Shown here piece by piece: positions 1-8,464 of a stretch of DNA of 64,000 nucleotides (positions are counted from its first letter, which is position 1; every line of letters begins with the position of its first letter). This DNA is from Rhodospirillaceae bacterium (GTDB taxonomy: Bacteria; Pseudomonadota; Alphaproteobacteria; Rhodospirillales; Magnetospirillaceae): NCBI GenBank assembly GCA_031546925.1, contig JAVBJO010000051.1, positions 301 through 64,300 on the forward strand, given 5' to 3'. The notes beneath the pieces are model-generated. The model worked only from the letters and a program-made list of their open reading frames with translations, made no database searches and was not told the origin of the DNA. Position numbers and translations under genes: made by a program.

Positions 1-619
1 CTTCCTCCCGCGTGCCGATGCCTCGCGGGAGAGGATCGAAGGCGAGAACGCTCACCAGAGCTTTCAAGCGTTCCACCTCCTCGTGCGCAGCAGCCAAGGC
101 TGCGGTATTTTCCGGAGGCGGAGGGGGCGGTGGAGGGGGCGGTGGAGGGAGCGCACGGGTATCCTCGAGCCGAACCAGACGGTCGCCCCGATCCATGGAC
201 AGAGCCAGCGCCAAGGCGCGACGGATCACCAGAGGGTCATACCCCGGAGTCATGCGGACTTGGAGCCTGGGCTTCCGACGCCAAGGCCGCCCCTGCGCCG
301 GACCGGACTTCAGGACCACCGTCTCGCGATCCTCCGCCGGAGGATCGCCGGGATCGGGAAAATCGGCGATCACCGAAGCGGGAATGACCAACAGCACCGA
401 ACGCGCGATATCTCCCACATTGACACCCCGTCTCGCCGCCAGAGCCTCCAGCGAATCGCGGAAAGCCGACGAGCAGGTAACAGTGTAAGAGTGCTTCACC
501 ACCCCTCCCTGGCTCGAAGGGGCCTGGCTCGAAGGGGCCTGGCTCGAAGAAGTCTGTATCTCGGGCACGTCTTTGTCAGGCATGGGGGGTGCGGGGGCGC
601 TATGATCCAGGCTGTCCAT
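1..619 (-). CDS. hypothetical protein, N-terminal part only (gene runs off the left edge); RHH-like segment, SSQAP x3 repeat, 12-residue polyproline tract
   Basis: Absent from the ORF track because it has no stop in the window. My manual minus-strand translation from ATG 619 stays open to position 2: MDSLDHSAPAPPMPDKDVPEIQTSSSQAPSSQAPSSQGGVVKHSYTVTCSSAFRDSLEALAARRGVNVGDIARSVLLV...TRALPPPPPPPPPPPPENTAALAAAHEEVERLKALV. The + strand ORFs 12..488, 83..649 and 130..387 are Arg/Gly-rich shadows. Confidence 0.6.
   Translation of the reverse strand, partial: MDSLDHSAPAPPMPDKDVPEIQTSSSQAPSSQAPSSQGGVVKHSYTVTCSSAFRDSLEALAARRGVNVGDIARSVLLVIPASVIADFPDPGDPPAEDRETVVLKSGPAQGRPWRRKPRLQVRMTPGYDPLVIRRALALALSMDRGDRLVRLEDTRALPPPPPPPPPPPPENTAALAAAHEEVERLKALVSVLAFDPLPRGIGTREE
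508..550. repeat. 15-bp tandem repeat CCTGGCTCGAAGGGG, about 2.9 copies
   Basis: Read directly: copies at 508-522 and 523-537, partial copy at 538-550. It is in frame and encodes SSQAP repeats on the minus strand. Confidence 0.9.
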
Positions 620-783
620 GATGCTCCTTGGGATGAGGAGAGTCTATAAAACGGACCTGCGTTTGGGTCAACTACCGATGTTGGCGGAGAGGGGATTGCC
701 AAAGACCTAGGGCAATTTTTCGCTCTCCCCCGCCCTCCCGTGCTATACTAAAGAAGGCCACTAGGGCAGAGGGAGAGAGCGCA

Positions 784-1890
784 ATGGCGGATATGGAGCA
801 ATTGGACTGCGTCGTCATCGGAGCCGGTGTTGTTGGCCTCGCCATCGCCCGAGCCCTTGCCAAAGCCGGGCGAGAGGTGGTGATCCTGGAAGCAGCCAAG
901 GCCATTGGTACCGGTATTTCTTCGCGCAATTCCGAAGTGCTCCATGCGGGCATGCACTATGTCGCGGGAACCTTGCGCGCAGCCTTGTGCCGTCGCGGGA
1001 ACCAGATGCTCCGCACCTTTGCCGAGAAGTATGGCGTTCCCTGCAAGCCCGTCGGGAAACTCATCGTCGCCAACTCGCGGGAGGAGGAAATCCAGTTGTG
1101 GAGCCTCCTCGCCCGAGGCCGTATCAATGGGATCGAGGACGTGCGCCCCCTCACCGCCCGGGAGGCCATGAGCATGGAGCCGCAACTCTCCTGCCTGGCG
1201 GCGCTTTATTCTCCCTCGACGGCGATCATCGACGGAGGAGCCTTGATGCTGGCGCTGCTCGCAGATGCCGAAGCCCATGGGGCAAGCCTCGTCCTCGCCA
1301 CCAAGGTGGAGGAAGGCAAAGCAACCCCTGATGGCGTCGAACTCCGTCTCTCCGGAGCGGAGTCCCTCCGCTGCCGTGCCCGAACGGTGGTCATCGCCGC
1401 CGGTCTGAACTCCTGCCAAGTAGCACGTTCCCTGGGCCTCAACCGCGTTCCCCAAGAATACTGGTGCAAAGGCAACTACTTTTCCCTCACCGGACGGATG
1501 CCGTTCCAACGCTTGATCTACCCCCTTCCGGCCGAGGTGGGCTTGGGGATCCATTACACCCTCGACATGGCGGGCAGAGGGCGCTTCGGCCCCGATGTGG
1601 AGTGGATCGAAAGCCCTGACTATGCCGTCAACCCCAACCGACTTGAGTCCTTCCGCGCCGCGATTCGGCGCTACTGGCCTAGTCTTCCAGCCGGAGCCCT
1701 AGAGCCCGGAATGGCGGGCATTCGCCCCAAAATCCACGGCCCCAGCGAGCCTCAGGCTGATTTCCAGGTCCAGGATGCTGCGACTCATGGGGCACAAGGC
1801 GTTGTCGCCTTATACGGGATTGAATCGCCGGGGTTGACGTGTTGCTTAGCCTTGGGTGATCTTGTGCGGAACAAAATATGCGAGGGCTAA
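784..1890 (+). CDS. FAD-dependent oxidoreductase (LhgO/COG0579-like dehydrogenase)
   Basis: N-terminal Rossmann dinucleotide motif DCVVIGAGVVGLAIARALAKAG, followed by EVVILE. The ORF is full length with normal composition. Confidence 0.8.
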   Translation: MADMEQLDCVVIGAGVVGLAIARALAKAGREVVILEAAKAIGTGISSRNSEVLHAGMHYVAGTLRAALCRRGNQMLRTFAEKYGVPCKPVGKLIVANSREEEIQLWSLLARGRINGIEDVRPLTAREAMSMEPQLSCLAALYSPSTAIIDGGALMLALLADAEAHGASLVLATKVEEGKATPDGVELRLSGAESLRCRARTVVIAAGLNSCQVARSLGLNRVPQEYWCKGNYFSLTGRMPFQRLIYPLPAEVGLGIHYTLDMAGRGRFGPDVEWIESPDYAVNPNRLESFRAAIRRYWPSLPAGALEPGMAGIRPKIHGPSEPQADFQVQDAATHGAQGVVALYGIESPGLTCCLALGDLVRNKICEG

Positions 1891-3213
1891 GTGGCTCCTA
1901 CAAAACCGATGAAAAAAAAGGAGGTCTGGGGCATCGCCCCAGCCCGGGTACGGGGCGGGAGCCCCGGGCGTAAGCCCACCCTTGTCTTTTTCCTGACGCT
2001 CCTCCTAACCCTCCTCGGCATGCTCCTCCCCCCTCTCCCTGCTCTTGCGCTGGAAAAGCCGAAGGACTGGGTCCCTCCTCCCATCGAGAAAATCCCCAAT
2101 CACCGCGAGGCCGCTCGGGCTATCGTGGTAGAACTTTCCAGTTACGCCAAGAAGCGCAACAAAAACTTCCTGGTCCTGATTCGCAATTCGGTCGAACTGG
2201 TGGTCAAGGGCGAGCGGGAAGTTCAATGGGAGGACTTTCGCGACCCTCAAGGCCTCACCTTCGAGAAACGCCTTCCCCTCGGGACGGTCTTTCGTCCTTA
2301 CATGAAGGCCCTGGATGGGATTATTCTGGATAACATCTACTGTGGTCCGGATGCCTTCGGCATCCCCCTCGCCAAGGCCATCGAGGACCGGAAAACCTAT
2401 GACCGCATCCTGGCCGAGGAAAAAGCCAAGGGCATTCAGCGCCCCCCCGTCCCCAATCCTTACGGCCCCTTCAGTTTAGACCCGGCGGAGGAGCTGCGTC
2501 GGGCCGCCGAGCTGCGTCACAAAGCCCAACGAGAGGAACGCCAGCGCCGCCAACTCTACGCCATCGACGCCCTCCAAGGGATGGGGCGGCCCCTGTTCTC
2601 CATGGAGCAATGCGCTACCCCGGATGACGCCAAGAAAGCCGCCGTTGAATCCGATGTGGACGGCGTCTTAAGCTTCATCACCACCGACCGCTCGGGAAAA
2701 TTCAACCTGCTTCCTGCAGGTCGCCCGCGCTACGAGAACGCCAAAACCACCACCACCCTGGGTGCCGTGCGCAATTGGTTGCCCATGCTGCGCTCGGACT
2801 CCTTCACCACCCGGCCAGAGTGGGTTTCGGCCCTGTCCCGGACCAACCAGGATTTGCTGCTGATCGATGTCAGCCATGGCGGGACTGACCCGCTGACCAA
2901 GGAAGACATCCATCGCTTGAAATTTAAGGAATTGGGCGTGCCGCGGCTGGTGCTGGCGGTGTTGCCGGTGGGAAAAGCCTATGACTGGCGCTGGTATTGG
3001 CAAAAAGACTGGCAAGCCGGGTCTCCACCATTCCTCTTCGCCCCTGTGCCCGAAGATCCTGGCAGCTTCATCACCGATATCTCCGATCCCAAATGGAAGG
3101 AACTGGTGGGGAAATACTTGGCGGGAATCGTGGATCTGGGATTTGATGGCGTCGTTCTCGATGATATGGATACCTATCTGTGGTTCGAGGAACTCATGCC
3201 ACTGGAAGGCTGA
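1891..3213 (+). CDS. secreted TM1410/MJ1477-type (GH114-like) putative glycoside hydrolase; start uncertain (GTG 1891, ATG 1909 or ATG 2020)
   Basis: Hydrophobic signal-like segment LVFFLTLLLTLLGMLLPPLPALA. The C-terminal pattern LLLIDVSHGG...YDWRWYWQKDW...GFDGVVLDDMDTY is typical of this TIM-barrel family. The REP-like repeat lies inside the 5' end of the ORF. Confidence 0.6.
   Translation: MAPTKPMKKKEVWGIAPARVRGGSPGRKPTLVFFLTLLLTLLGMLLPPLPALALEKPKDWVPPPIEKIPNHREAARAIVVELSSYAKKRNKNFLVLIRNSVELVVKGEREVQWEDFRDPQGLTFEKRLPLGTVFRPYMKALDGIILDNIYCGPDAFGIPLAKAIEDRKTYDRILAEEKAKGIQRPPVPNPYGPFSLDPAEELRRAAELRHKAQREERQRRQLYAIDALQGMGRPLFSMEQCATPDDAKKAAVESDVDGVLSFITTDRSGKFNLLPAGRPRYENAKTTTTLGAVRNWLPMLRSDSFTTRPEWVSALSRTNQDLLLIDVSHGGTDPLTKEDIHRLKFKELGVPRLVLAVLPVGKAYDWRWYWQKDWQAGSPPFLFAPVPEDPGSFITDISDPKWKELVGKYLAGIVDLGFDGVVLDDMDTYLWFEELMPLEG
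1923..1980 (+). repeat. REP-like intergenic element, copy 1 (three short hairpins, two with GNRA loops)
   Basis: GGTCTGGGGCATCGCCCCAGCCCGGGTACGGGGCGGGAGCCCCGGGCGTAAGCCCACC is nearly identical to 14776-14834. Hairpins are CTGGGGC/GCCCCAG, CGGGGC-GGGA-GCCCCG and GGGC-GTAA-GCCC. Confidence 0.85.
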
Positions 3214-3217
3214 CCCG

Positions 3218-4909
3218 ATGCTAAAGCTGGCTCGCAGCTACGAGGAGGCCTGTCGCACCTTTCGCTGGCACCTGCCGGAGGTTTACAACCTCGCCTTCGA
3301 CGTTTGTGATCGTCACACCATCAGCGGTGCCGATGGTCACCGCACGGCGCTGACGGTGGAAACCCCCGACGGCCTGGTGGAGCGCTACACCTTCCTGATG
3401 CTAAAGCAGCTCTCCAACCGTCTGGCCAACGTGCTGGCGGCCCGAGGCGTGAAGCTGGGGGACAGGGTGGTGGTGTCGTTTGGCCCCTCCATCGAAGCGG
3501 CCATCACCCTGCTGGCCGTACTGAAATTAGGCGCCGTTGCGGTTCCCATCCCCATCACCCTGGGGGAAGAGCCCCTGGCATGGCGGCTCCAAGACTGCGG
3601 CGCGAGCTTTGCGGTGGTGTCCCAATCCGTGGTGCCGCGTCTGCGGGCGGTGGAGGCCGTCATTGGTCCCCTGAAATCCGTCTTGATCGCCGATCCCAAA
3701 GAGGAAGCCGAATACAACGAAGGTTTCGACGATACCCTGTGGCCCGCTCTGGACCAAGCGTCAGAGATTTTTTCCCTAGCGGTGACTCCCCTCGATCATC
3801 CTGCCTTTCTGTTTTATTCGCCCTATGCGGTGGATTCGTCTCTGGGCGTGCTGCACGCTCACCAAACCCTGCTGGGAAGCCTCCCCGCAGTGGAGTTCGC
3901 CTTGGGGTTCTTTCCTCGGGCTGGCGATATCTTCTGGACCCCCGCCGAGTGGATGGGATACGAGGGCCTGGTTTGGGGCATCCTCGCCGCCTGGCATCAT
4001 GGAACGCCCGTGGTGGCCCACTCCGCCGCAGCGGACCTGACCGAGCAACTGGCGGTGATGGGGCGTCACGGGGTCCGAGTCGCCTACATCCCCACGTCCT
4101 TCCTCGGTCCCCTGACCGAGGCGGCACGACTCGCTCCTCACCCCATCCTCCGCGTCATTGCCGCCGGTCCCACCCCCCTGCCGGCCAGCGTGCGCGAGCA
4201 GGCGATGGAGGTGTTCGATGCTGCCTGTAACGACCTCTGGGGTGGCCCGGAAACTGGGGCCATTGCCGCCAACAACGAGACGGTCATGGAACTCCGCCAG
4301 CCCTCTCCGGGGCGAGCGGCCCCGGGAATCGTCATTGACGCCATCGATGGAGAAGGCACGCCCTTGCCTCCGGGAACCTGCGGCATGCTAGCGGTGGCTC
4401 CTGGGGCTCCGGGAACCTTTCTCGACCACTGGAAGGGAGCGGCCTTGATGCGGGGGCGAACCCCGTCGGGATGGGTCATGACCGGACAATTGGGACTGCG
4501 TGACATCGACGGCTATGTCTGGCCCAATCCCCTCGGCACCCAGGAAGGCTCAGGGCCAGAGGGTTCGGGAGAGGAATGGGTTGAGGTCGAGGGCAAGCCC
4601 CTTGTCCTTGCGACCGTGCGCTCCATCCTCGCCTGCTATCCCAAGGTGAGCGACGTGGAGCTGCGGGTGGAAAAGGGCCTGCTGACGGCCTTCGTCATCC
4701 TGAACGACGACGAGAACGGGGATCGCGACGCCATCCGGCACGAACTCTGCGCCTGGGTGGCGCGTCTCCGCGCCACCTACGAGGCCCCGAGCAACATCGT
4801 GTTCGTCTCGACTCTGCCGATGAATCAAGCCGCTGCGTCCAAGCGGAAACCCCTACGCCTGGACACGCCCACCGCTGACGAGCGCTGGCAGCCTAGGGAT
4901 GAATCGTAA
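3218..4909 (+). CDS. ANL-superfamily (AMP-dependent synthetase/ligase-like) protein with degenerate core motifs
   Basis: The listed ORF 2981..4909 overlaps the upstream gene. The in-frame ATG at 3218 (MLKLARSYEEACRTF) sits just after the upstream stop. Overall layout is acyl-CoA-synthetase-like, but the P-loop position reads YSPYAVDSSLGV rather than a TSGTTGxPKG-type motif. Confidence 0.6.
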   Translation: MLKLARSYEEACRTFRWHLPEVYNLAFDVCDRHTISGADGHRTALTVETPDGLVERYTFLMLKQLSNRLANVLAARGVKLGDRVVVSFGPSIEAAITLLAVLKLGAVAVPIPITLGEEPLAWRLQDCGASFAVVSQSVVPRLRAVEAVIGPLKSVLIADPKEEAEYNEGFDDTLWPALDQASEIFSLAVTPLDHPAFLFYSPYAVDSSLGVLHAHQTLLGSLPAVEFALGFFPRAGDIFWTPAEWMGYEGLVWGILAAWHHGTPVVAHSAAADLTEQLAVMGRHGVRVAYIPTSFLGPLTEAARLAPHPILRVIAAGPTPLPASVREQAMEVFDAACNDLWGGPETGAIAANNETVMELRQPSPGRAAPGIVIDAIDGEGTPLPPGTCGMLAVAPGAPGTFLDHWKGAALMRGRTPSGWVMTGQLGLRDIDGYVWPNPLGTQEGSGPEGSGEEWVEVEGKPLVLATVRSILACYPKVSDVELRVEKGLLTAFVILNDDENGDRDAIRHELCAWVARLRATYEAPSNIVFVSTLPMNQAAASKRKPLRLDTPTADERWQPRDES

Positions 4910-5447
4910 CGGACGTTCCCACGGAAATTGTATTGAACAACTCCAGCATATCGGCATTGTCGAGAGCAATACAGCCCCACGTCCAATCTCGTTGCGATCC
5001 TTTTCCGTGGATGAAGATCTCCCCTCCCAACCGTGTTCCTGACGGAGGTGTTTTTTTCTCAGCGATAGCGGTGAGAATATTTTTGTATTCTTGTTGGGAG
5101 ATGATCTTGTCTTTAAGACCTCTCTCGGCATCGGAAACGCCGGGATAACTAATTCCCAGAGAGAGATAGAATTTACTCTGCTGATTTTTATGCGTGATGG
5201 TGTAGGTCCCCTCTGGGGTTGCTCTATCCCCTTGGATTTTTTTTGGCCCAATGGGATTCAACCCCAGTCCAATCCGGTAGGACTTGACCACATTATTTCC
5301 GTCATAAACCACGAGTTGGCGTTTTGCTTTAAATATTTCGATGTGCGAGGACGGTTCCTCCGTCTTCAACGCAAAGCCCTCTTGCGTCCATGCAAGGAAA
5401 AAAACAACGGCCAGTACGATTTTTCGTGTAAAAACCTTTCCCATCAT
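4893..5447 (-). CDS. L,D-transpeptidase (YkuD/ErfK family), secreted
   Basis: Catalytic-region pattern IFIHG...TWGCIALDNADM. The internal start MMGKVFTRKIVLAVVFFLAWTQEGFA gives a signal peptide. The gene is visibly AT-richer than its neighbours. Confidence 0.75.
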   Translation of the reverse strand: MMGKVFTRKIVLAVVFFLAWTQEGFALKTEEPSSHIEIFKAKRQLVVYDGNNVVKSYRIGLGLNPIGPKKIQGDRATPEGTYTITHKNQQSKFYLSLGISYPGVSDAERGLKDKIISQQEYKNILTAIAEKKTPPSGTRLGGEIFIHGKGSQRDWTWGCIALDNADMLELFNTISVGTSVTIHP

Positions 5448-5634
5448 GACACCAGACCCCCTAAAATCAATCAAGATCGTAAGCATAGATAGGGGTAAAA
5501 AAAAGCGCAAGATAGTAGATACGAAAGAATTTTTATATTTCCAAGCGCTGTAACCATCTGATGAATTCTTCACCTTCTTTACGCTGCGTAGGCGAAAGCC
5601 CTATCCAGGGTGGTAAAACCAAGGAGGATGGCCC

Positions 5635-6030
5635 ATGATGCAATTCGACGATCATCCCCACGTGTTGGTGATGGAAGACGAGCCTCTCATCGCCATGGGA
5701 CTGAGAATGGTACTGGAGGGAATGGGCTGCGAGGTTTGCGCCGTGGTTGATAATGCGGCCGATGCCGTGACTGAAGCCTTATCCGCGAAGAGCCTGGATC
5801 TCCTTCTTGCGGACGTGCGCCTGCGCGGGGGAGACGATGGCATTGCCGCCGTGCGGATGATTCTGGCCCAGCGAAACGTCGCCGTCCTTTTCGTCACCGG
5901 AAACGCGGGTGAAGTGGAACGGAGCGGGCTTGAAGCCCACCCCCTTCTGCACAAACCCTTCCTTCCCGCCGCTTTGGAGCGGGCCGTCCGAAGCGCCTTG
6001 GAGGGGGCTCAGAAATCCAGATCGGCGTAG
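5635..6030 (+). CDS. single-domain response regulator (CheY-like receiver)
   Basis: Acidic pocket VMEDEP, phospho-acceptor context LLLADVRL, and conserved Lys in LHKPF. At 131 aa there is no output domain. Confidence 0.8.
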   Translation: MMQFDDHPHVLVMEDEPLIAMGLRMVLEGMGCEVCAVVDNAADAVTEALSAKSLDLLLADVRLRGGDDGIAAVRMILAQRNVAVLFVTGNAGEVERSGLEAHPLLHKPFLPAALERAVRSALEGAQKSRSA

Positions 6031-6677
6031 TGCCGAGGGGGGGGGATCCCCGGCAGCAAGTCGGTCAACAAGGCCCGGAAGGCGGGGCGCGATTTGACCC
6101 GAGCGTACCATTCCTTCACCTGGGGTTGCTTATCCCAAGGCACATCGCCGATGTAGTCGATACAGGAGATTTGGGTCGCCGCCGCAATATCGGCTAAGGA
6201 AAAATGAGGCCCTGCGAGCCATGTCCGGCTTTCCGCCAGCCAAGCGATATAATCCAGGTGCTGGCGAATTGCCGCATAACCCAAACGAATTTTCCGCGAA
6301 TCCGGTTGTCCATGGGTTGGGACCAGTCGCTTATAGATCTTTTCACCCACCAGATTAAGCGTGACTTCGCTATGGAAGCGGCTATCGAACCAGGCGACCA
6401 AGCGGCGGGTTTCCGCTTTGGCCAGGGGTTCACTGGGCATTAAGGGGGGCGTGGGATAGACCTCTTCCAGGTATTCGCAGATGGCGCTGGAATCGATTAA
6501 GACGATGCCCCCATCCTCGGTCAAAAGAGGCGTTTCCTGAGGTCGGTCGCTGAGTTCATTCTCGCGCCGATCACGCCCCAATTCGGAGATGCTTTCAAAT
6601 TCCAACCGTTTTTCGGCCAGAACCACGCGTACTTTACGGGACAGGGGGCAAAGCTGGTGGTGATAAAGCCGTCTCAT
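6009..6677 (-). CDS. glutathione S-transferase family protein
   Basis: N-terminal thioredoxin-like fold MRRLYHHQLCPLSRKVRVVLAEKRLEFE plus a C-terminal helical domain. Its 3' end overlaps the convergent upstream gene. Confidence 0.75.
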   Translation of the reverse strand: MRRLYHHQLCPLSRKVRVVLAEKRLEFESISELGRDRRENELSDRPQETPLLTEDGGIVLIDSSAICEYLEEVYPTPPLMPSEPLAKAETRRLVAWFDSRFHSEVTLNLVGEKIYKRLVPTHGQPDSRKIRLGYAAIRQHLDYIAWLAESRTWLAGPHFSLADIAAATQISCIDYIGDVPWDKQPQVKEWYARVKSRPAFRALLTDLLPGIPPPRHYADLDF

Positions 6678-6698
6678 CCGCTTACGCTCCTAGAGCCT

Positions 6699-7163
6699 TT
6701 AAGCCGCACGGCTCGCGGGGGATTCCGTCAGCAGGGAGAACAGCCCCTCGGCGCTTTCCGTACCACGCAGTTTGTCGCAAACGCCTTTGTCGCGCAGCAG
6801 ACGTGAAACCCGGGCCAGGGCCTTCAAATGATCGGCTCCGGCAGATTCGGGGGCCAAAAGCAAAAAGATCAGGTCCACCGGCTGCTCGTCCACCGAGGCA
6901 AAATTGATCGGCTTTTCAAACCGGGCGAACAGGCCGCAAAGACGCTCCAACCCGGCGAGCTTCCCATGGGGAATGGCGATACCGTTCCCCACCCCGGTGG
7001 TGCCCAGGCGCTCACGTTCGTGCAGAACGTCGAAGATGGTGCGTTCGTGAAGGCCGGTCAATTCCGCCGCCTTTTTCGCCAGCTCCTGCAAGGCCTGTTT
7101 CTTCGAGGTCGCATGCAGGTTCGGAATCACTGCGGACGGAACGATAAGATCGGCGATGTCCAT
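6699..7163 (-). CDS. ptsN: PTS IIA-like nitrogen regulatory protein PtsN (EIIA-Ntr)
   Basis: MDIADLIVPSAVIPNLHATSKKQALQEL...GTTGVGNGIAIPHGKL includes the active-site His context. Internal ATG 7163 is preferred over the listed 7280 start. Confidence 0.8.
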   Translation of the reverse strand: MDIADLIVPSAVIPNLHATSKKQALQELAKKAAELTGLHERTIFDVLHERERLGTTGVGNGIAIPHGKLAGLERLCGLFARFEKPINFASVDEQPVDLIFLLLAPESAGADHLKALARVSRLLRDKGVCDKLRGTESAEGLFSLLTESPASRAA

Positions 7164-7491
7164 GGAAAACAACCCTTTACTGGATCTGACGCGGATCCAC
7201 ATATCCGCTGTTTTATGGTCACGCATTTGGCTCGGACATGACAACGGAAGCGAGGATTTTTCTCGCTCCACCGACACCAAGAGAGGTGCCGAAAATAGCT
7301 CTCCCCCTCTTCCGTGTCAAGTTTCCTCCCCAAACGCGTCCATCGCCTATTATCCGCGAGAAGGGGATAAAACCAGGTTAAGATATCCCTCGCTCAAGCA
7401 GGTCGCATGGCGCGACGTGCGCCCGGCTCCCCCGTTCTTGCCCTCTATATCTCTTGCCGCAGATTTCCTGGGCATCAAGAGCGAACAAGCC

Positions 7492-8160
7492 CTAGTTAAA
7501 CGGCATCACATCGACAGGATTGGGCTTGCGTCGGAAGACACGCTTGGCGGTCTTGACGGCGTTTTCCATCGCGGCGGACGAGGCCTTGGCCTGGATGAGT
7601 TTGCTACCATGTCCACCGGTATTGCCCCCGCGAGCCCCAGCATCAGGGTTGGGAATCGTCTCGACCGCGAGCGTAGCCTCGGGAGCACGTCCCCCCTTAT
7701 GGGGATTATAGATAAACCCGTGGACACGATAGACTCGCGAGCCGAACTGTTCGGTGGGTCCAAACCACACGCGAACACTGCTCCAGTCGTTGTTGGGGGA
7801 GACGTCAAGAACGGGAACAGCAACGGTGACAGCACCGCGTCCAGAGGAGCGCGCTGGAGCCCAATTGGCGTGATCCACCAGAATCGTGCGACTGTTCACG
7901 ACGCGCGTCACCACGGAAACATGACCGTAGCGCATATGCCCCTGACGAGAAAACACGAGAACGGATTTCGCTTGAGGCGTCCTTCCGCGGTCATAAGACG
8001 CTGCGGCTGCGGCATCCCACCACCGCCAAGCGTCCCCGCGCAGATTGATGCCCGATACGCTTCGGGCGTAGGGCACACACTGGATCGCACTTGCGGAGGA
8101 AATCCACAGAACGAAGATCAAGGCCGAGGCGATTCCCGTTAGAAAAGTCCTCATTTTCAT
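7492..8160 (-). CDS. CHAP domain-containing secreted protein (peptidoglycan amidase/peptidase family)
   Basis: Signal peptide MKMRTFLTGIASALIFVLWISSASA. CHAP pattern QCVPYAR...GHVSVV...DHANW provides Cys/His residues. Confidence 0.7.
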   Translation of the reverse strand: MKMRTFLTGIASALIFVLWISSASAIQCVPYARSVSGINLRGDAWRWWDAAAAASYDRGRTPQAKSVLVFSRQGHMRYGHVSVVTRVVNSRTILVDHANWAPARSSGRGAVTVAVPVLDVSPNNDWSSVRVWFGPTEQFGSRVYRVHGFIYNPHKGGRAPEATLAVETIPNPDAGARGGNTGGHGSKLIQAKASSAAMENAVKTAKRVFRRKPNPVDVMPFN

Positions 8161-8464
8161 GCGTGATCCTTCTTTTCCAGCCCCTGTTTCCGTAGAGCAG
8201 AGGCCCCCCAGGGTCAAGGGGCGCCTCGTGACGGCGGAGTCCTCATATCGAAGGGACCGATTGTTACCATCATTGAAGTCGATAGCAAACCCAAAATCGC
8301 GTCAATTTTTAAAAAAATGCGACTTTTTTGTAGTGCGAAGCCCCCCCTCTGGCGTTACCCTTCCGGACCGGATGAGGTTCCAAAAAGGGGACTCGTCTCT
8401 CCTCAAGGCGGCAAGGCTCTGTCCCTATGGGCGGTTTTTTGCTTGGAACTCTTAAGGGTGTGCC

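Noticed and set aside
12-649. Three overlapping + strand ORFs (12..488, 83..649, 130..387), including a Gly12 run
   Set aside because: Their composition is Arg/Gly/Ser-rich and low complexity. The minus-strand frame gives a balanced protein with a plausible start at 619. The G-run is therefore read as a polyproline-coding tract, not as a G-quadruplex element or glycine repeat.
2981-3217. Long N-terminal extensions of listed ORFs (2981 for the ligase-like gene, 28126 for hypF, 29332 for hypD, 27242 for hypB, 23535 for the ATPase, 38400 for the transposase, 60585 for the tape measure gene and others)
   Set aside because: The extensions overlap the preceding genes and are low complexity. In-frame ATGs that form ATGA/TGATG junctions with the upstream stop give canonical N-termini.
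6699-8160. ptsN lying next to a CHAP gene instead of the usual rpoN-hpf-ptsN arrangement
   Set aside because: This is a synteny oddity only. ptsN context varies between lineages and nothing in the sequence suggests a functional link.
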